A DNA stretch of 64,000 nt, taken from Bacillota bacterium. Lineage in GTDB: Bacteria; Bacillota; Clostridia; Christensenellales; CAG-138. The stretch is taken from positions 52,545-116,544 of the forward strand of contig JAEYCM010000012.1 of NCBI GenBank assembly GCA_023455425.1, read 5' to 3'. This document shows positions 18,547 through 33,535 of the stretch, piece after piece. A program made the position numbers and the translations under genes. Numbering within the stretch: position 1 is the stretch's first letter; every line of letters begins with the position of its first letter. The notes below the pieces were generated by a model. The model was not told the origin of the DNA, searched no databases, and saw only the letters and a program-made list of their open reading frames with translations.

Positions 18547-19806
18547 ATGCAGACAGCCATATACAAGGGCAATATCGTGCATGCGCCGGTCATGGGCGCG
18601 ATTGCTTGTGTGGAAAACGGCTATCTCGTGACGGAGAACGGCCGGATTGAAGGCGTCTATAAAAGCTTACCGGAACGGTTTTCGGGTGCTGCAGTCGAGG
18701 ATTTTGGCGATCAACTGATCGTACCCGCGTTTGTGGATATGCACCTGCACGCCCCGCAATTTGCGATGCTTGGCATGGGCATGGACCTGCAGCTGTTAGA
18801 TTGGCTCAATACCTATACATTTCCGACTGAATCCGCCTTCCGGGAACCGGAATACGCGCGGGAACTTTACCGTAAGCTTGCGTCGGAACTCATCCGCGTG
18901 GGCACCACGCGGGTCTGCATGTTTTCCTCCATCCACCGCGAAAGCACGCATGTGTTGATGGAAGAACTCGAGCGCGCGGGCGTTACCGGCTATGTGGGCA
19001 AGGTCAACATGGACCGCAACAGCCCGGATATCCTGCGGGAAACCACCGAAGAATCGCTTGATGAAACCCTGCGCTGGCTTACGGAGTGCGAAGGGCGCTA
19101 CAAACATATCCGCCCCATGCTCACACCGCGCTTTACGCCCTCCTGTACGGACGAATTGATGCGTGGCCTGGGCGATATCGCAAAAGAACGCGGGCTATAT
19201 GTACAGTCCCATCTTTCGGAAAATCTCGATGAGATCGCATGGGTCAAGGCGCTTTGCCCGGGCTGCGGCCAGTACTGGGAAAGCTATGAGCGGTTCGGCC
19301 TGTTTGGAGAAAAGACGATCATGGCGCACTGCGTCTATTCCGATGAGCGGGAGCGCGAGGCAATGCGCAAACACGGCGTCTGGGTGGCGCACTGCCCGGA
19401 TTCCAACATCAATATCGCAAGCGGCATCGCGCCCATCCGCCGCATGCTTAGTGAGGGCATGCAGGTGACGCTCGGCTCGGATATCGCGGGCGGCGCGCGG
19501 CTTAGTATGATGGATGTGGCCACCGAGGCCATCCGCACCTCCAAACGCCATTGGCTGGATACTGGCAAGCAGGAGGCATTTTTGACCGTAGCGGAAGCGT
19601 TCTATCTGATCACCTCCGCGGGGCAGAAATACTTTGACGCTGGCCCCGGTTTCCAGAAGGGGGATGCGCTGCACGCGCTCGTATTGGACGACGGCGCTTT
19701 CCCGCAAAGGGAGCTTTCTTTGGCGCAGCGGCTGGAGCGTATCCTGTATCTTTCTGAGGGACGCTGCGTTGCGGCGCGCTTCAGTGAGGGAAGACGGGTA
19801 GGATAA
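18547..19806 (+). CDS. guaD: Guanine deaminase
   Basis: LIVPAFVDMHLHAPQFAMLGMGMDLQLLDWLNTYTFPTE, typical of guanine deaminase; AAGGAGGG RBS. Confidence 0.92.
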   Translation: MQTAIYKGNIVHAPVMGAIACVENGYLVTENGRIEGVYKSLPERFSGAAVEDFGDQLIVPAFVDMHLHAPQFAMLGMGMDLQLLDWLNTYTFPTESAFREPEYARELYRKLASELIRVGTTRVCMFSSIHRESTHVLMEELERAGVTGYVGKVNMDRNSPDILRETTEESLDETLRWLTECEGRYKHIRPMLTPRFTPSCTDELMRGLGDIAKERGLYVQSHLSENLDEIAWVKALCPGCGQYWESYERFGLFGEKTIMAHCVYSDEREREAMRKHGVWVAHCPDSNINIASGIAPIRRMLSEGMQVTLGSDIAGGARLSMMDVATEAIRTSKRHWLDTGKQEAFLTVAEAFYLITSAGQKYFDAGPGFQKGDALHALVLDDGAFPQRELSLAQRLERILYLSEGRCVAARFSEGRRVG

Positions 19807-20011
19807 GTCACAAAAGGGGCATAGTCACTTTTGAGTCTGTCAACAAACCCATTTTTAGGGGCTTTGCCGCCGAACCCCCACCCAAGGGACATGTCCTGTT
19901 TTAGGGCGTTTCCGGAGATGGGTTCTTAGGGCCGTTACGGTCCTAAGCGGGAGTTTGAGGGCAGAGCCCTCAATATACTTCTTTGCTGAGCTGAAGGCCG
20001 TTGGCCTCTTT

Positions 20012-20467
20012 TTATTGTTGGCTCCAGCTTTGCAGTTCGATGATGTTTTTCTCCGGGTCGGCGGCGTACACAAACGTGGCGGTAACGCCGCCCGGGTACG
20101 GCGCCTGTACCAGTGTGCCTATCTGCGCGCCGCCTTCTTCTAAAATCCGCTGCAGCACGGCACGAACATCGTCCACCTCGAAGGCCAGGTGCGCAAGGTC
20201 CGCGCGGTTGAGCGCCTTGGGGGACGCTTCGTCCATGCTTTCATAGGAGAATATTTCAAGGGTGGGCGGCTGCGCTTCATATCCGGGCAGGGCAAGATGT
20301 TCGCCTACGATATGCGCATCCTTGATGTTGGTCAGCTTGTCCAGCCAATCCCCCTTCAAATCCCGCGGCGGGGAAACGGGCCTGCAGCCGAACACGCACT
20401 GGTAGAAGAGGGAAAGCCGCTTCCAGTCCTTTGCAATGATGTTTGTATGCACATACCGGGTAGCCAT
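20012..20467 (-). CDS. VOC (glyoxalase/bleomycin-resistance/dioxygenase) family protein
   Basis: 151 aa, single VOC-like beta-alpha-beta module pattern (HLAFEVDDV...). Confidence 0.8.
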   Translation of the reverse strand: MATRYVHTNIIAKDWKRLSLFYQCVFGCRPVSPPRDLKGDWLDKLTNIKDAHIVGEHLALPGYEAQPPTLEIFSYESMDEASPKALNRADLAHLAFEVDDVRAVLQRILEEGGAQIGTLVQAPYPGGVTATFVYAADPEKNIIELQSWSQQ

Positions 20468-20655
20468 GCGATGCTCCTTTCATGTCGGGCGGGGTTCCCT
20501 GCATATCATCCGCTGCCATTATAACACGCTCCAGCAAAGGAAATAAAAAAATCGTCACAATGGCCGGTTTGCAATGTTTTCTCGTAAAGCAATCAGTGCC
20601 ACAATCTTTTCCGGCTTCATGCTTTTCCCTTCCCATGATATAATGGAAAGGATGA

Positions 20656-24922
<4,267 letters not shown>

Positions 24923-25043
24923 GTAAAAGGCAAGACGGCGTTAAACCCGCGTTAAGTTATTTTTATGTCAGGGAGCAACCCTTCGACAAAGATCTTTTTC
25001 GTGTGTTATAATGATTTCAGTATGCACAAAGGGGGAAGCGCGC

Positions 25044-25922
25044 TTGATCAGCAGCATGACAGGCTATGGGCGTGGCAAAGTTGCCCGCGACGGACGGGAA
25101 ATGACTGTGGAACTAAAGTCCGTCAACCACCGGTACCTGGATATCGGCATGCGCCTTCCCCGGCATCTTGGGTTTTTGGAAGACGTATTCCGTACCGAGC
25201 TTTCCGCGTCGCTTAGCCGCGGGCATGTGGATATCTATGTCAGCTACAACAACCAGCGCTCCGACGCCCGCACCGTATCGGTGGATGAAGCGCTCCTTTC
25301 CGTTTATCTTACGGCTTCCCGCCAGGCGGCGGAGCATCTGGGGCTTACGGATGACCTGACATTGTCCAACGCCCTTCGCCTGCCGGATGTGACAAGCATT
25401 CAGGAAGCGGAGGAAGACCGGGAAGCGGTGGCCGCGTTGGCGCGGGAGGCGACTGCGCTCGCCGTGCAGGAGCTCAAGGCCATGCGGTTGGTGGAGGGCG
25501 AGCGCCTGCAGAAAGACCTGAAGCAGCGTACAGACGCCGTGCTGCGGCTTGCGCGCGAGATCGAGGAGCGCGCCCCGCTCGTGGTGCAGGAATACCGCGC
25601 GAAGCTGGAAGAACGCATTGCAGCGCTCTTGGGAGCGGTCGAGGTGGACCGCGCGCGTCTTGCGACCGAAGTCGCCCTGTTTGCGGACCGCGCAAGCATA
25701 GACGAAGAGATCGTCCGGCTCAAAAGCCATGTGGCGCAGATGATTACCTCATTAACTTCCAGTGAGCCCTCGGGCAGGAAGCTGGACTTTATCGTGCAGG
25801 AAATGAACCGGGAATTCAACACCATCGGTTCCAAGGCAAACGACGCCCAACTGACCAACGCCGTTATCAGCGGCAAGGGTGAAATCGAAAAAATCCGCGA
25901 GCAGGTACAGAACATAGAATAA
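25044..25922 (+). CDS. yicC: YicC/YloC-family stress-induced protein
   Basis: (L)[10 protein letters not shown]...[12 protein letters not shown]...[15 protein letters not shown]...[14 protein letters not shown] 25044 after AAAGGGGGA (ATG 25056 is an alternative). Confidence 0.92.
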   Translation: MISSMTGYGRGKVARDGREMTVELKSVNHRYLDIGMRLPRHLGFLEDVFRTELSASLSRGHVDIYVSYNNQRSDARTVSVDEALLSVYLTASRQAAEHLGLTDDLTLSNALRLPDVTSIQEAEEDREAVAALAREATALAVQELKAMRLVEGERLQKDLKQRTDAVLRLAREIEERAPLVVQEYRAKLEERIAALLGAVEVDRARLATEVALFADRASIDEEIVRLKSHVAQMITSLTSSEPSGRKLDFIVQEMNREFNTIGSKANDAQLTNAVISGKGEIEKIREQVQNIE

Positions 25923-25939
25923 TCCGTTGGAGGACAGGC

Positions 25940-26203
25940 ATGGCAATCAAGCTGATTAACATTGGTTTTGGTAATATTGTTTCCGCCAACCGGCTGCTCG
26001 CGATCGTCAGCCCGGATTCGGCGCCCATTAAGCGCATTGTGCAGGAGGCGCGCGAGCGCGGCCGCCTGATCGACGCGACATACGGGCGGCGTACACGCGC
26101 CGTCATTATGATGGACAGCGGCCATGTCGTGCTTTCCGCCGTGCAGCCCGAAACCGTGGCGCACAGGCTGGATACTAAGGACACCGCCGATATTGGGGAA
26201 TAA
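25940..26203 (+). CDS. remA: DUF370 / RemA extracellular-matrix regulatory protein
   Basis: [56 protein letters not shown]. Confidence 0.93.
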   Translation: MAIKLINIGFGNIVSANRLLAIVSPDSAPIKRIVQEARERGRLIDATYGRRTRAVIMMDSGHVVLSAVQPETVAHRLDTKDTADIGE

Positions 26204-26242
26204 CAGCCGCCGGTTGCGCGCGGCTTAGGAGGATAATACAAT

Positions 26243-26872
26243 ATGAGGGATGGACGTCAGGGGTTGCTCGTGGTTCTTTCGGGACCGTCGGGCGTGGGGA
26301 AGGGCACTGTGTGCCGCAAGCTTTTGGAGAGCAACCCGAGTATGACGCTTTCGATATCGGTCACCACCCGCCCGATGCGGGAAGGGGAGCAAGAAGGCAG
26401 GGATTACTTTTTTCGATCCAAAGAGGAATTTTCGCGCATGGTGCGCGACGGCGAGTTTTTGGAGTATATGCGCGTATTCGGCACCCATTCCTACGGCACG
26501 CCGAAGAAATACGTGCAGGAGCAGCTTGACGCAGGGCGGGATGTTATACTTGAAATCGACGTTCAGGGCGGTCTTAGGGTAAAAGAAGTTTGTCCCGAGG
26601 CGGTATTGGTGTTTCTAGCGCCGCCCTCCATGGAAGAATTAAAGCGCAGGCTCATTAGCCGCGGTACGGAGAGCGAAGAATCCATCGACCGCCGCACCGA
26701 CGTCGCCTACTCGGAAATGCAGTGCATTACCTATTATGACTATGTTGTAATCAACTGCGCGGTGGAACAGGCCGTAGAAGGTCTGGAGGCCATCATACAC
26801 GCGGAAAAGAGCCGCGTTGCCCGCAGTGATGATCTGATCAGTTTGTTATTGGAAGGATGTGACCCTGTATGA
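26243..26872 (+). CDS. gmk: Guanylate kinase
   Basis: P-loop LSGPSGVGKGT and the Gmk family pattern. Confidence 0.95.
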   Translation: MRDGRQGLLVVLSGPSGVGKGTVCRKLLESNPSMTLSISVTTRPMREGEQEGRDYFFRSKEEFSRMVRDGEFLEYMRVFGTHSYGTPKKYVQEQLDAGRDVILEIDVQGGLRVKEVCPEAVLVFLAPPSMEELKRRLISRGTESEESIDRRTDVAYSEMQCITYYDYVVINCAVEQAVEGLEAIIHAEKSRVARSDDLISLLLEGCDPV

Positions 26873-27072
26873 TGAACAAACCCGGTGTCAATGAACTTGT
26901 AGACAAGGTCGGCTGCCGCTATATGCTGGTGATGTCGGTCGCGCGCCGCGCGCGCCAACTCCTCAACGATCCTGAAAAGCTGGGGGATAAAAACCCGGTG
27001 ACCGCCGCGGTGGAGGATCTCTACAACGACCGTATCAACATCGAGTATCCCGAGGAATATACGCTCCGGTAA
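26869..27072 (+). CDS. rpoZ: RNA polymerase omega subunit
   Basis: 67 aa, ...DKVGCRYMLVMSVARRARQL...; overlaps the gmk stop by 4 nt. Confidence 0.9.
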   Translation: MMNKPGVNELVDKVGCRYMLVMSVARRARQLLNDPEKLGDKNPVTAAVEDLYNDRINIEYPEEYTLR

Positions 27073-27077
27073 AGAAC

Positions 27078-28286
27078 ATGCAAAAGAAACCCACTGTGGT
27101 GCTGGGAGTCACCGGCTCCATCGCGGCGTATAAGGCTGCGGAGATCGTGAGCATGCTCACGAAAAAAGATATCGATGTGCGCGTCATCCTGACGGAGGGC
27201 GGCGCACACTTTATCACGCCGCTCACGCTGGAGACGCTGTCGCGCGCGCCCGTGTATACGGACCAGTTCACGCGCGAAGCGCCCTATGAGGTGGAGCATA
27301 TCGCGCTTGCGAAGCTTGCGGACGTGTTCTTGGTCGCCCCCGCGACGGCAAACTTTATCGGCAAGGCGGCAAACGGGATCGCGGACGATCTGTTGCTGAC
27401 CACGTATCTTGCTACCATAGCGCCTGTGCTCATTGCGCCCGCAATGAACACGAATATGCTGCTGCATCCGGCTACCGTAAGAAGCATGGAGCTTCTGCGC
27501 GAGCGGGGGTGCGTGTTTATCGAGCCTTCGGAAGGCTTGCTCGCCTGCGGGGACGTCGGGAGAGGCAAGCTTGCGCCGGTGGAGGAGATTGTGGAGGCGG
27601 TTCTTTCGGCACTCCACAAGAAGAACGACCTTACGGGCAAGCGGATTTTAGTAACCGCCGGGCCTACGCGGGAAGCGATCGACCCCGTACGCTTTTTGTC
27701 CAACCGCAGCAGCGGAAAAATGGGCTTTGCCATTGCGGAAGCCGCGGCAAAGCGCGGGGCCTGCGTGACGCTTATCGCGGGACCGGTCACATTGCCCACG
27801 CCTGCAAACGTCAACCGGGTGGACATTACCTCCAGCGCGCAGCTTTGCGGCGCTGTGGAGGAAGCCTTCCCGCATTGCGACGCGCTCGTTATGGCTGCGG
27901 CCCCTGCGGATTTTACCGTGCCCGTCGTTTCCGCACAGAAGATCAAAAAGCACGGCGAGGGGTTGAATCTTTCCCTCACGCCTACTACTGATATCCTCGC
28001 CCGTATCAGTACATCAAAGAAAGACCAGATCGTCATGGGCTTTGCTGCGGAAACGCAGGATATTGAGCGCAACGCCACGGACAAGCTGGCAAGAAAGAAG
28101 CTCGATTTTATTGCGGCCAACGACGTGAGTAAAAGCGATGCAGGGTTTTTGGTGGATACCAACGCCGTGACGCTCTATTCCGCCGATGGCGGCAAGCGGG
28201 AAAGCGGATTGATGCAAAAATCCGCGCTGGCGGATTGGCTGCTCGACACGCTTCATGACGCAATGGAAAAACGGCAGGAAGGCTGA
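27078..28286 (+). CDS. coaBC: Phosphopantothenoylcysteine decarboxylase / phosphopantothenate-cysteine ligase
   Basis: VLGVTGSIAAYKA...PAMNTNM...VTAGPTREAIDPVRFLSNRSSGKMG. Confidence 0.95.
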   Translation: MQKKPTVVLGVTGSIAAYKAAEIVSMLTKKDIDVRVILTEGGAHFITPLTLETLSRAPVYTDQFTREAPYEVEHIALAKLADVFLVAPATANFIGKAANGIADDLLLTTYLATIAPVLIAPAMNTNMLLHPATVRSMELLRERGCVFIEPSEGLLACGDVGRGKLAPVEEIVEAVLSALHKKNDLTGKRILVTAGPTREAIDPVRFLSNRSSGKMGFAIAEAAAKRGACVTLIAGPVTLPTPANVNRVDITSSAQLCGAVEEAFPHCDALVMAAAPADFTVPVVSAQKIKKHGEGLNLSLTPTTDILARISTSKKDQIVMGFAAETQDIERNATDKLARKKLDFIAANDVSKSDAGFLVDTNAVTLYSADGGKRESGLMQKSALADWLLDTLHDAMEKRQEG

Positions 28287-28379
28287 CACGTTCTTTTCTT
28301 ATCAATTGAGTACAACTCTTAATGGAGGTCTTGGGCGAACGCTGCAAAGAACTCTTGGGCAGGCAGGGGAGGTGGTCAC

Positions 28380-30635
28380 ATGTATGCGCAGGTTATCGTA
28401 GATATTGCGCATTCAGAGGTGGACCGCCTTTTTACGTACGCCGTTCCGGAGGATATGAAATTAAGACTGGGCCAGCATGTGCTTGTGCCGTTTGGCCGGG
28501 GCAACAAGCCGCTCGAAGGGTTTATTTTGGGCGTTATGGAGCAAGCGCCGGAAGAAATGGCGGGGCGCATCAAGCCCATTTTGCGCGTCCTTGCGCCTTA
28601 CCCGATTTTTACAGAAGAGCAGTTGGAGCTTGCGCGTTGGATGCAGCAGAACTACCATTGCGTGCTGGTGGATGCGCTGCGGCTGATGATTCCCGCGCAG
28701 TTGCGCGGCGGAAGAATTGGGGAAAAGACGGTGCGCACCGTCCAGCGTGCGGATGATCTTAGTATTGAGGCCGCGCGCGCTTCACTTCTTAAAAAGGACG
28801 GAACGCCCAAAGCGCCCCGCCAGTCCGAAGTATTGGAGCTTTTAATTAAAACGAATGCGCCGATGTCCGTGAAGGATATTGCGGCTTTCCTGCCCGGCGC
28901 GGAAGGGGCGGTCTCCGCGCTCATCAAAAAAGGGCTGATTGCGGAAGAAGATTGCGTCACGTTCCGCCGACCGGCCATAAAGAGCCGGGAATCTATCCCC
29001 GTCAAGCTGACCGCCGAACAGCATAAGGCCGTGGAGACGGTAAGCGAAGGCATGCAAAAGGGGGACGGGGTCTATTTATTGCACGGGGTCACGGGCAGCG
29101 GAAAGACGGAAGTCTATATGCACTGCATCAGCCGGTGTATTGCAGAAGGAAAACAGGCCATTCTGCTGGTGCCGGAAATCGCGCTTACTCCGCAGACCAT
29201 GGGGCTGTTCCGCGCCCGGTTCGGGGACAATGTGGCAGTGCTGCACAGCAGGCTTTCCGCAGGGGAGCGCTTTGACGAATGGCGGCGCATCCGGCTCGGC
29301 ATGGTACAGGTGGCGGTGGGGGCCAGGAGCGCGGTGTTCGCGCCGTTTGAAAGCCTGGGCCTTCTTATTGTGGATGAGGAGCATGAGCCCACCTACCAGA
29401 GCGAACTTTCCCCGCGTTACCAGGCGGTGGAGGTCGCAAGAAAGCGCGCCGCAATGGCGAATGCGCCGCTCATATTGGGCAGCGCCACGCCCTCCATCCA
29501 GAGTTATTACCGGGCGAAAACGGGCGTCTATACGCTTGTTGAGCTGACCGAGCGCGTGCAGAAGCGCCCCATGCCGGATATCAAAATTGTGGACATGCGG
29601 CAGGAATTCCTGCGCGGCAATACGGGCATATTCAGCAGCGCATTATACAGCGCGTTGGATTCTTGCCTGCGCGCGAAAAAACAGGCGATTTTGTTCATCA
29701 ACCGCAGGGGATATTCCACATTCGTTTCCTGCCGGGCCTGCGGGCATGTGTTTCAGTGCAAGGATTGCGACATCTCCATGACGTACCACCGCACGGAGGA
29801 ATGCGTCAAATGCCACTACTGCGGGCATACGGAGGCGGTGCCGACCACTTGCCCCAACTGCGGCCAGCCGTTTATCAAATACTTTGGCGTGGGCACCCAG
29901 CAGGTGGAGGAACAACTGCGCGAGCATTTCCCACAGGTAAAAGCCTTGCGCATGGATATGGACAGCACGCGCACCAAGGATGCGCACGAAAATCTCCTCT
30001 CCACCTTTGCGCGGGGGGATGCGCAGGTGCTCATCGGCACGCAGATGGTGGCGAAGGGACTTGATTTCCCGGATGTGACGCTCGTTGGCGTAGTAGCAGC
30101 GGATTCTTCGCTCTATCTTCCGGATTACCGGAGCGCCGAGCGCACGTTTCAGCTCCTTACCCAGGTGGCGGGGCGCGCCGGGCGTGACCTTTCGCCGGGG
30201 CGGGTCGTGATCCAGACGTATTCGCCGGGGCATCCGAGCATCGCGTTCGCGCGCACGCATGATTATAAGGGCTTTTTCGCCTATGAGCTTGCGCAGCGCA
30301 AGGCCGCGCTGTTTCCGCCATTTTCCCTGTTTGTACGCGCGCTCTTTACGGGCCTTGAGGAGGATGCCCTGCATCAAGACGGCGTCCGTTACGCAAAAGG
30401 GCTGGAGGCGGCGGTGAAGGAAGCATTAGGCGGCCATGAAGAAGAGCTTTTGTTTTTAAGCGCCGCGCCCGCGCCCATATACAAGAAGCAGGGCGTATAC
30501 CGTTTTGCCATATTGGTCAAACTTCTGCGTACGCCGCGCACGGCCGCGGCGCTCAAGGCCATCTATGAATACACCTCCGCGCACCGGGGAGAGCGGTTCG
30601 CTTCGCTTGAAATCAACCCCGGCGATCTGTTTTAA
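28380..30635 (+). CDS. priA: Primosomal protein N' (replication restart helicase)
   Basis: LLHGVTGSGKTEVY, DEEHE, Cys-rich Zn motif CRACGHVFQCKDCDISMTYH...CHYCG...CPNCG. Confidence 0.96.
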   Translation: MYAQVIVDIAHSEVDRLFTYAVPEDMKLRLGQHVLVPFGRGNKPLEGFILGVMEQAPEEMAGRIKPILRVLAPYPIFTEEQLELARWMQQNYHCVLVDALRLMIPAQLRGGRIGEKTVRTVQRADDLSIEAARASLLKKDGTPKAPRQSEVLELLIKTNAPMSVKDIAAFLPGAEGAVSALIKKGLIAEEDCVTFRRPAIKSRESIPVKLTAEQHKAVETVSEGMQKGDGVYLLHGVTGSGKTEVYMHCISRCIAEGKQAILLVPEIALTPQTMGLFRARFGDNVAVLHSRLSAGERFDEWRRIRLGMVQVAVGARSAVFAPFESLGLLIVDEEHEPTYQSELSPRYQAVEVARKRAAMANAPLILGSATPSIQSYYRAKTGVYTLVELTERVQKRPMPDIKIVDMRQEFLRGNTGIFSSALYSALDSCLRAKKQAILFINRRGYSTFVSCRACGHVFQCKDCDISMTYHRTEECVKCHYCGHTEAVPTTCPNCGQPFIKYFGVGTQQVEEQLREHFPQVKALRMDMDSTRTKDAHENLLSTFARGDAQVLIGTQMVAKGLDFPDVTLVGVVAADSSLYLPDYRSAERTFQLLTQVAGRAGRDLSPGRVVIQTYSPGHPSIAFARTHDYKGFFAYELAQRKAALFPPFSLFVRALFTGLEEDALHQDGVRYAKGLEAAVKEALGGHEEELLFLSAAPAPIYKKQGVYRFAILVKLLRTPRTAAALKAIYEYTSAHRGERFASLEINPGDLF

Positions 30636-30780
30636 TTGTAATTGGGCATTTTTATGAAATTCAGGCGGCGCTCCAAGAAAGGCTGTTCCTTGGGTGCGTA
30701 TGCGTATTATAATAAAATGATGGAATAGCGCGAAGGCGCTTAGATTGAAAGCGGGTTAATCCCAAAGAGGAGAAGGTACT

Positions 30781-31302
30781 ATGGCATTGAGAAGGATTTT
30801 GCAGGAAAAGGACCCCGCATTGTATAAGGTCTGCAGGCCGGTGGAGCGCATCGACAAGCGCATTCACACGTTGCTCGACGATATGCTCGAAACCATGTAC
30901 GACGCCGAAGGCGTGGGCCTTGCCGCGTCCCAGGTGGGGATACTGCGGCGCGTCGTTGTGATCGATTGCGGGGACGGCCCCGTGGAAATGATCAACCCCG
31001 AAATTCTCTTTACCGAGGGCGAGGAGGGCTGCATGGAAGGGTGCCTTTCCTTCCCCGGTAAATCCGGCTATGTGGTGCGCCCCAGCCATGTCATTGCCCG
31101 CGCCCAGAACCGCAACGGGGAATGGGTGGAATATGACGCGACGGGGCTGTTCGCCCGCGCCATTCTGCACGAAACGGATCATCTGGACGGCAAGGTGTAT
31201 CTTGATCTGGTCACCGACCCGCCCGAAGGATACAACGAGGAAGAAGGATGCGACGAGCCGGATGCGGACGACGCGCCCGACGCGCCGGAGGAAAAAATCT
31301 GA
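30781..31302 (+). CDS. def: Peptide deformylase
   Basis: GVGLAASQVG, EGCLSFPG, HETDHLDG. Confidence 0.96.
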   Translation: MALRRILQEKDPALYKVCRPVERIDKRIHTLLDDMLETMYDAEGVGLAASQVGILRRVVVIDCGDGPVEMINPEILFTEGEEGCMEGCLSFPGKSGYVVRPSHVIARAQNRNGEWVEYDATGLFARAILHETDHLDGKVYLDLVTDPPEGYNEEEGCDEPDADDAPDAPEEKI

Positions 31303-32231
31303 TGCGGATTGCCTTCTTGGGGACGCCGGAGTTCGCGCTCCCGTCGCTTCAAATGCTCATTGATACGGAGCATACGCTTTGCGTGTTTACCCAGCCGGAC
31401 AAGCCGCAGGGCAGGCACGCCGTACTGACCGCGCCGCCTGTTAAAGTGCTTGCGCAGCAATATGGCATCCCTGTATACCAGCCCAGGCGCATGCGGGACG
31501 CGGAAGGGTTGGAGCCGCTTCGCGCGTTTCAGCCGGATCTGATGGTGACGGCGGCGTTCGGACAACTATTGAGCGCGGAAAACCTGAGCATCCCTCAATA
31601 CGGCTGCATCAACGTGCACGGTTCGCTTTTGCCCAAATACCGGGGCGCCGCGCCCATCCAGTGGGCGGTGATCGATGGCGAGGCGGTCACGGGCATTACT
31701 ACCATGCTCACAGACGTGGGTTTGGATACCGGGGACATTCTCCTTACCCGTGAGCTTTCCATTTTGCCCGACGAGACGGCGGGGGAATTGTATGCGCGCA
31801 TGGCGGAATTGGGCGCAGAGGTACTCAAAGAAACTATAGAAAAGCTTGCGAACGGCACGCTGGCCCGCACCCCGCAGCAGGAAGAGCAGGCGACCAAATG
31901 CCGCATGCTCAAAAAAGAAGATGGGAAGCTTGCGTTCAATCAATCTGCCAAAAGCGTGCACGACCGTGTGCGTGGCGTAAACCCGTGGCCCGGCGCATAC
32001 GCATATATGGAAGACGGAATGGACACGCTCAAGATATGGCGCACCCGTATGACGGAAGAAAAGCCGCAGGGAGAACCCGGCATGCTGTATGGCGATGAAA
32101 AACGCGGGCTGTTCGTCTGCTGTGCGGACGGCGTTTTAGAAATACTGGAACTGCAGGCCGCGGGCGGAAAGCGCATGGAAGCGAAAGCGTACCTGCGCGG
32201 CAAGCCCCTTGCGGGACTGAAGCTCATATGA
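31302..32231 (+). CDS. fmt: Methionyl-tRNA formyltransferase
   Basis: MRIAFLGTPEFALPSL...NVHGSLLPKYRGAAPIQWAV; ATG overlaps the def stop (TGATG). Confidence 0.95.
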   Translation: MRIAFLGTPEFALPSLQMLIDTEHTLCVFTQPDKPQGRHAVLTAPPVKVLAQQYGIPVYQPRRMRDAEGLEPLRAFQPDLMVTAAFGQLLSAENLSIPQYGCINVHGSLLPKYRGAAPIQWAVIDGEAVTGITTMLTDVGLDTGDILLTRELSILPDETAGELYARMAELGAEVLKETIEKLANGTLARTPQQEEQATKCRMLKKEDGKLAFNQSAKSVHDRVRGVNPWPGAYAYMEDGMDTLKIWRTRMTEEKPQGEPGMLYGDEKRGLFVCCADGVLEILELQAAGGKRMEAKAYLRGKPLAGLKLI

Positions 32232-33535
32232 GCATACGAAGAATTGCGCTCGAAGCGCTATTGGACATTACCGACCGCGGCGCATATGCAAACTTGCGGC
32301 TTAAGGAAGCGCAGCAGAATTTGAGCGCTTCGGACGCCAAGTGGGTTTCGGCAGCGGTTTACGAGACATTGGATCATTTGCTTTATCTTGATTATATGCT
32401 TTCGCATATGACCAAGGGGACGCAAAAGCCGGTGATCCGCGGCATCCTGCGCATGGGGGCGTGCCAGCTCCTGTTTATGCGCACGCCTGCTTCCGCCGCC
32501 GTCAACGAAAGCGTCAAGCTTGCAAAGGAAGTCGGCAAAGCCGCAATGGCGGGGTATATCAATGGTGTGCTGCGCGCGCTTGCGCGGGATATGGACGCGC
32601 TGCCGTCTCTCCCCAAAGAACCCGCTGCGCGGCTGAGCATCCAGTACAGCTGGCCGAAGTGGCTCGTCACCGAATGGATTTCCCGCTTTGGCGAGGCGGA
32701 AACGGAAGCCATGCTGCAGGAACAGCCGCAGCCCATGACGTTGCGCGCGCATCCTCCGTTTACGACGGAAGAGCTGGATGAGTTGCTCAAAGACAGGCAC
32801 ATCGGATTTTCGCGCGGCGCGTTTGTGCCTGACTGTTTCAAGCTGGAGCAGGGGTTTGATGTAGCGAACGACCCGCTGTTTCTAAACGGAAGCTTCGCCG
32901 TGCAAAGCGAAAGCGCCATGCTTGTCTGCCGCGCGTGCGGCGTGAAACCGGGCATGCGCGTACTGGACGCCTGCGCGGCGCCCGGCGGGAAAAGCGCGTA
33001 CCTTTACGCGCTGCAGCCGGATATTGCGCTTACCGCTTGGGAATTGCACCCGCACCGCAAGGAATTGATGGACAAAACGTTTGCGCGGCTGTATGTTCCC
33101 GTACAGACCAGCGTACAGGACGCGGCGGAGTATGTGGCGGCGTGCAGGAATGCGTATGACGTGGTACTGCTGGATGTGCCATGTTCCGGCCTTGGGGTGG
33201 CGCACAGCAAGCCCGACGTCCGCTACACGAAAACGCCGGAAGGCGTGGAGGCGTTGGTCGAAACGCAGCGCCGGATTTTAGAAACCTGCGCACAGTATGT
33301 CAAACCAGGCGGCACATTGCTTTACGCAAGCTGTACGATTTCGGAGCGGGAAAACGAGGAACAGGTCAAAGCGTTCCTCGCGCGGCATAAAGAATTTCGG
33401 CTGGAGCCGTTGACACCGTTTTTGCCCGCCGCTTTAGGGAATTTAGAAAGTGGCATGGTGCAGCTTTTGCCGCACAAACACCACACAGAAGGCTTTTTTA
33501 TCGCGCGTTTGGCGCGTGATACTAGTCTCAAGTAA
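32228..33535 (+). CDS. rsmB: 16S rRNA (cytosine967-C5)-methyltransferase
   Basis: NusB-like N-terminus plus the SAM-methyltransferase motifs DACAAPGGKS and LLDVPCSGLG; ATGA overlap with fmt. Confidence 0.93.
   Translation: MSIRRIALEALLDITDRGAYANLRLKEAQQNLSASDAKWVSAAVYETLDHLLYLDYMLSHMTKGTQKPVIRGILRMGACQLLFMRTPASAAVNESVKLAKEVGKAAMAGYINGVLRALARDMDALPSLPKEPAARLSIQYSWPKWLVTEWISRFGEAETEAMLQEQPQPMTLRAHPPFTTEELDELLKDRHIGFSRGAFVPDCFKLEQGFDVANDPLFLNGSFAVQSESAMLVCRACGVKPGMRVLDACAAPGGKSAYLYALQPDIALTAWELHPHRKELMDKTFARLYVPVQTSVQDAAEYVAACRNAYDVVLLDVPCSGLGVAHSKPDVRYTKTPEGVEALVETQRRILETCAQYVKPGGTLLYASCTISERENEEQVKAFLARHKEFRLEPLTPFLPAALGNLESGMVQLLPHKHHTEGFFIARLARDTSLK

Noticed and set aside
19807-20011. Hairpin-rich spacer after guaD (TTAGGGCCGTTACGGTCCTAAG, GAGGGCAGAGCCCTC, AAGGCCGTTGGCCTCTTTTT), considered as a possible ncRNA or mobile-element copy
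   Set aside because: I found only short local hairpins plus a terminator for the convergent VOC gene. I could not align it convincingly to the 33.5-kb element or to any known RNA motif.
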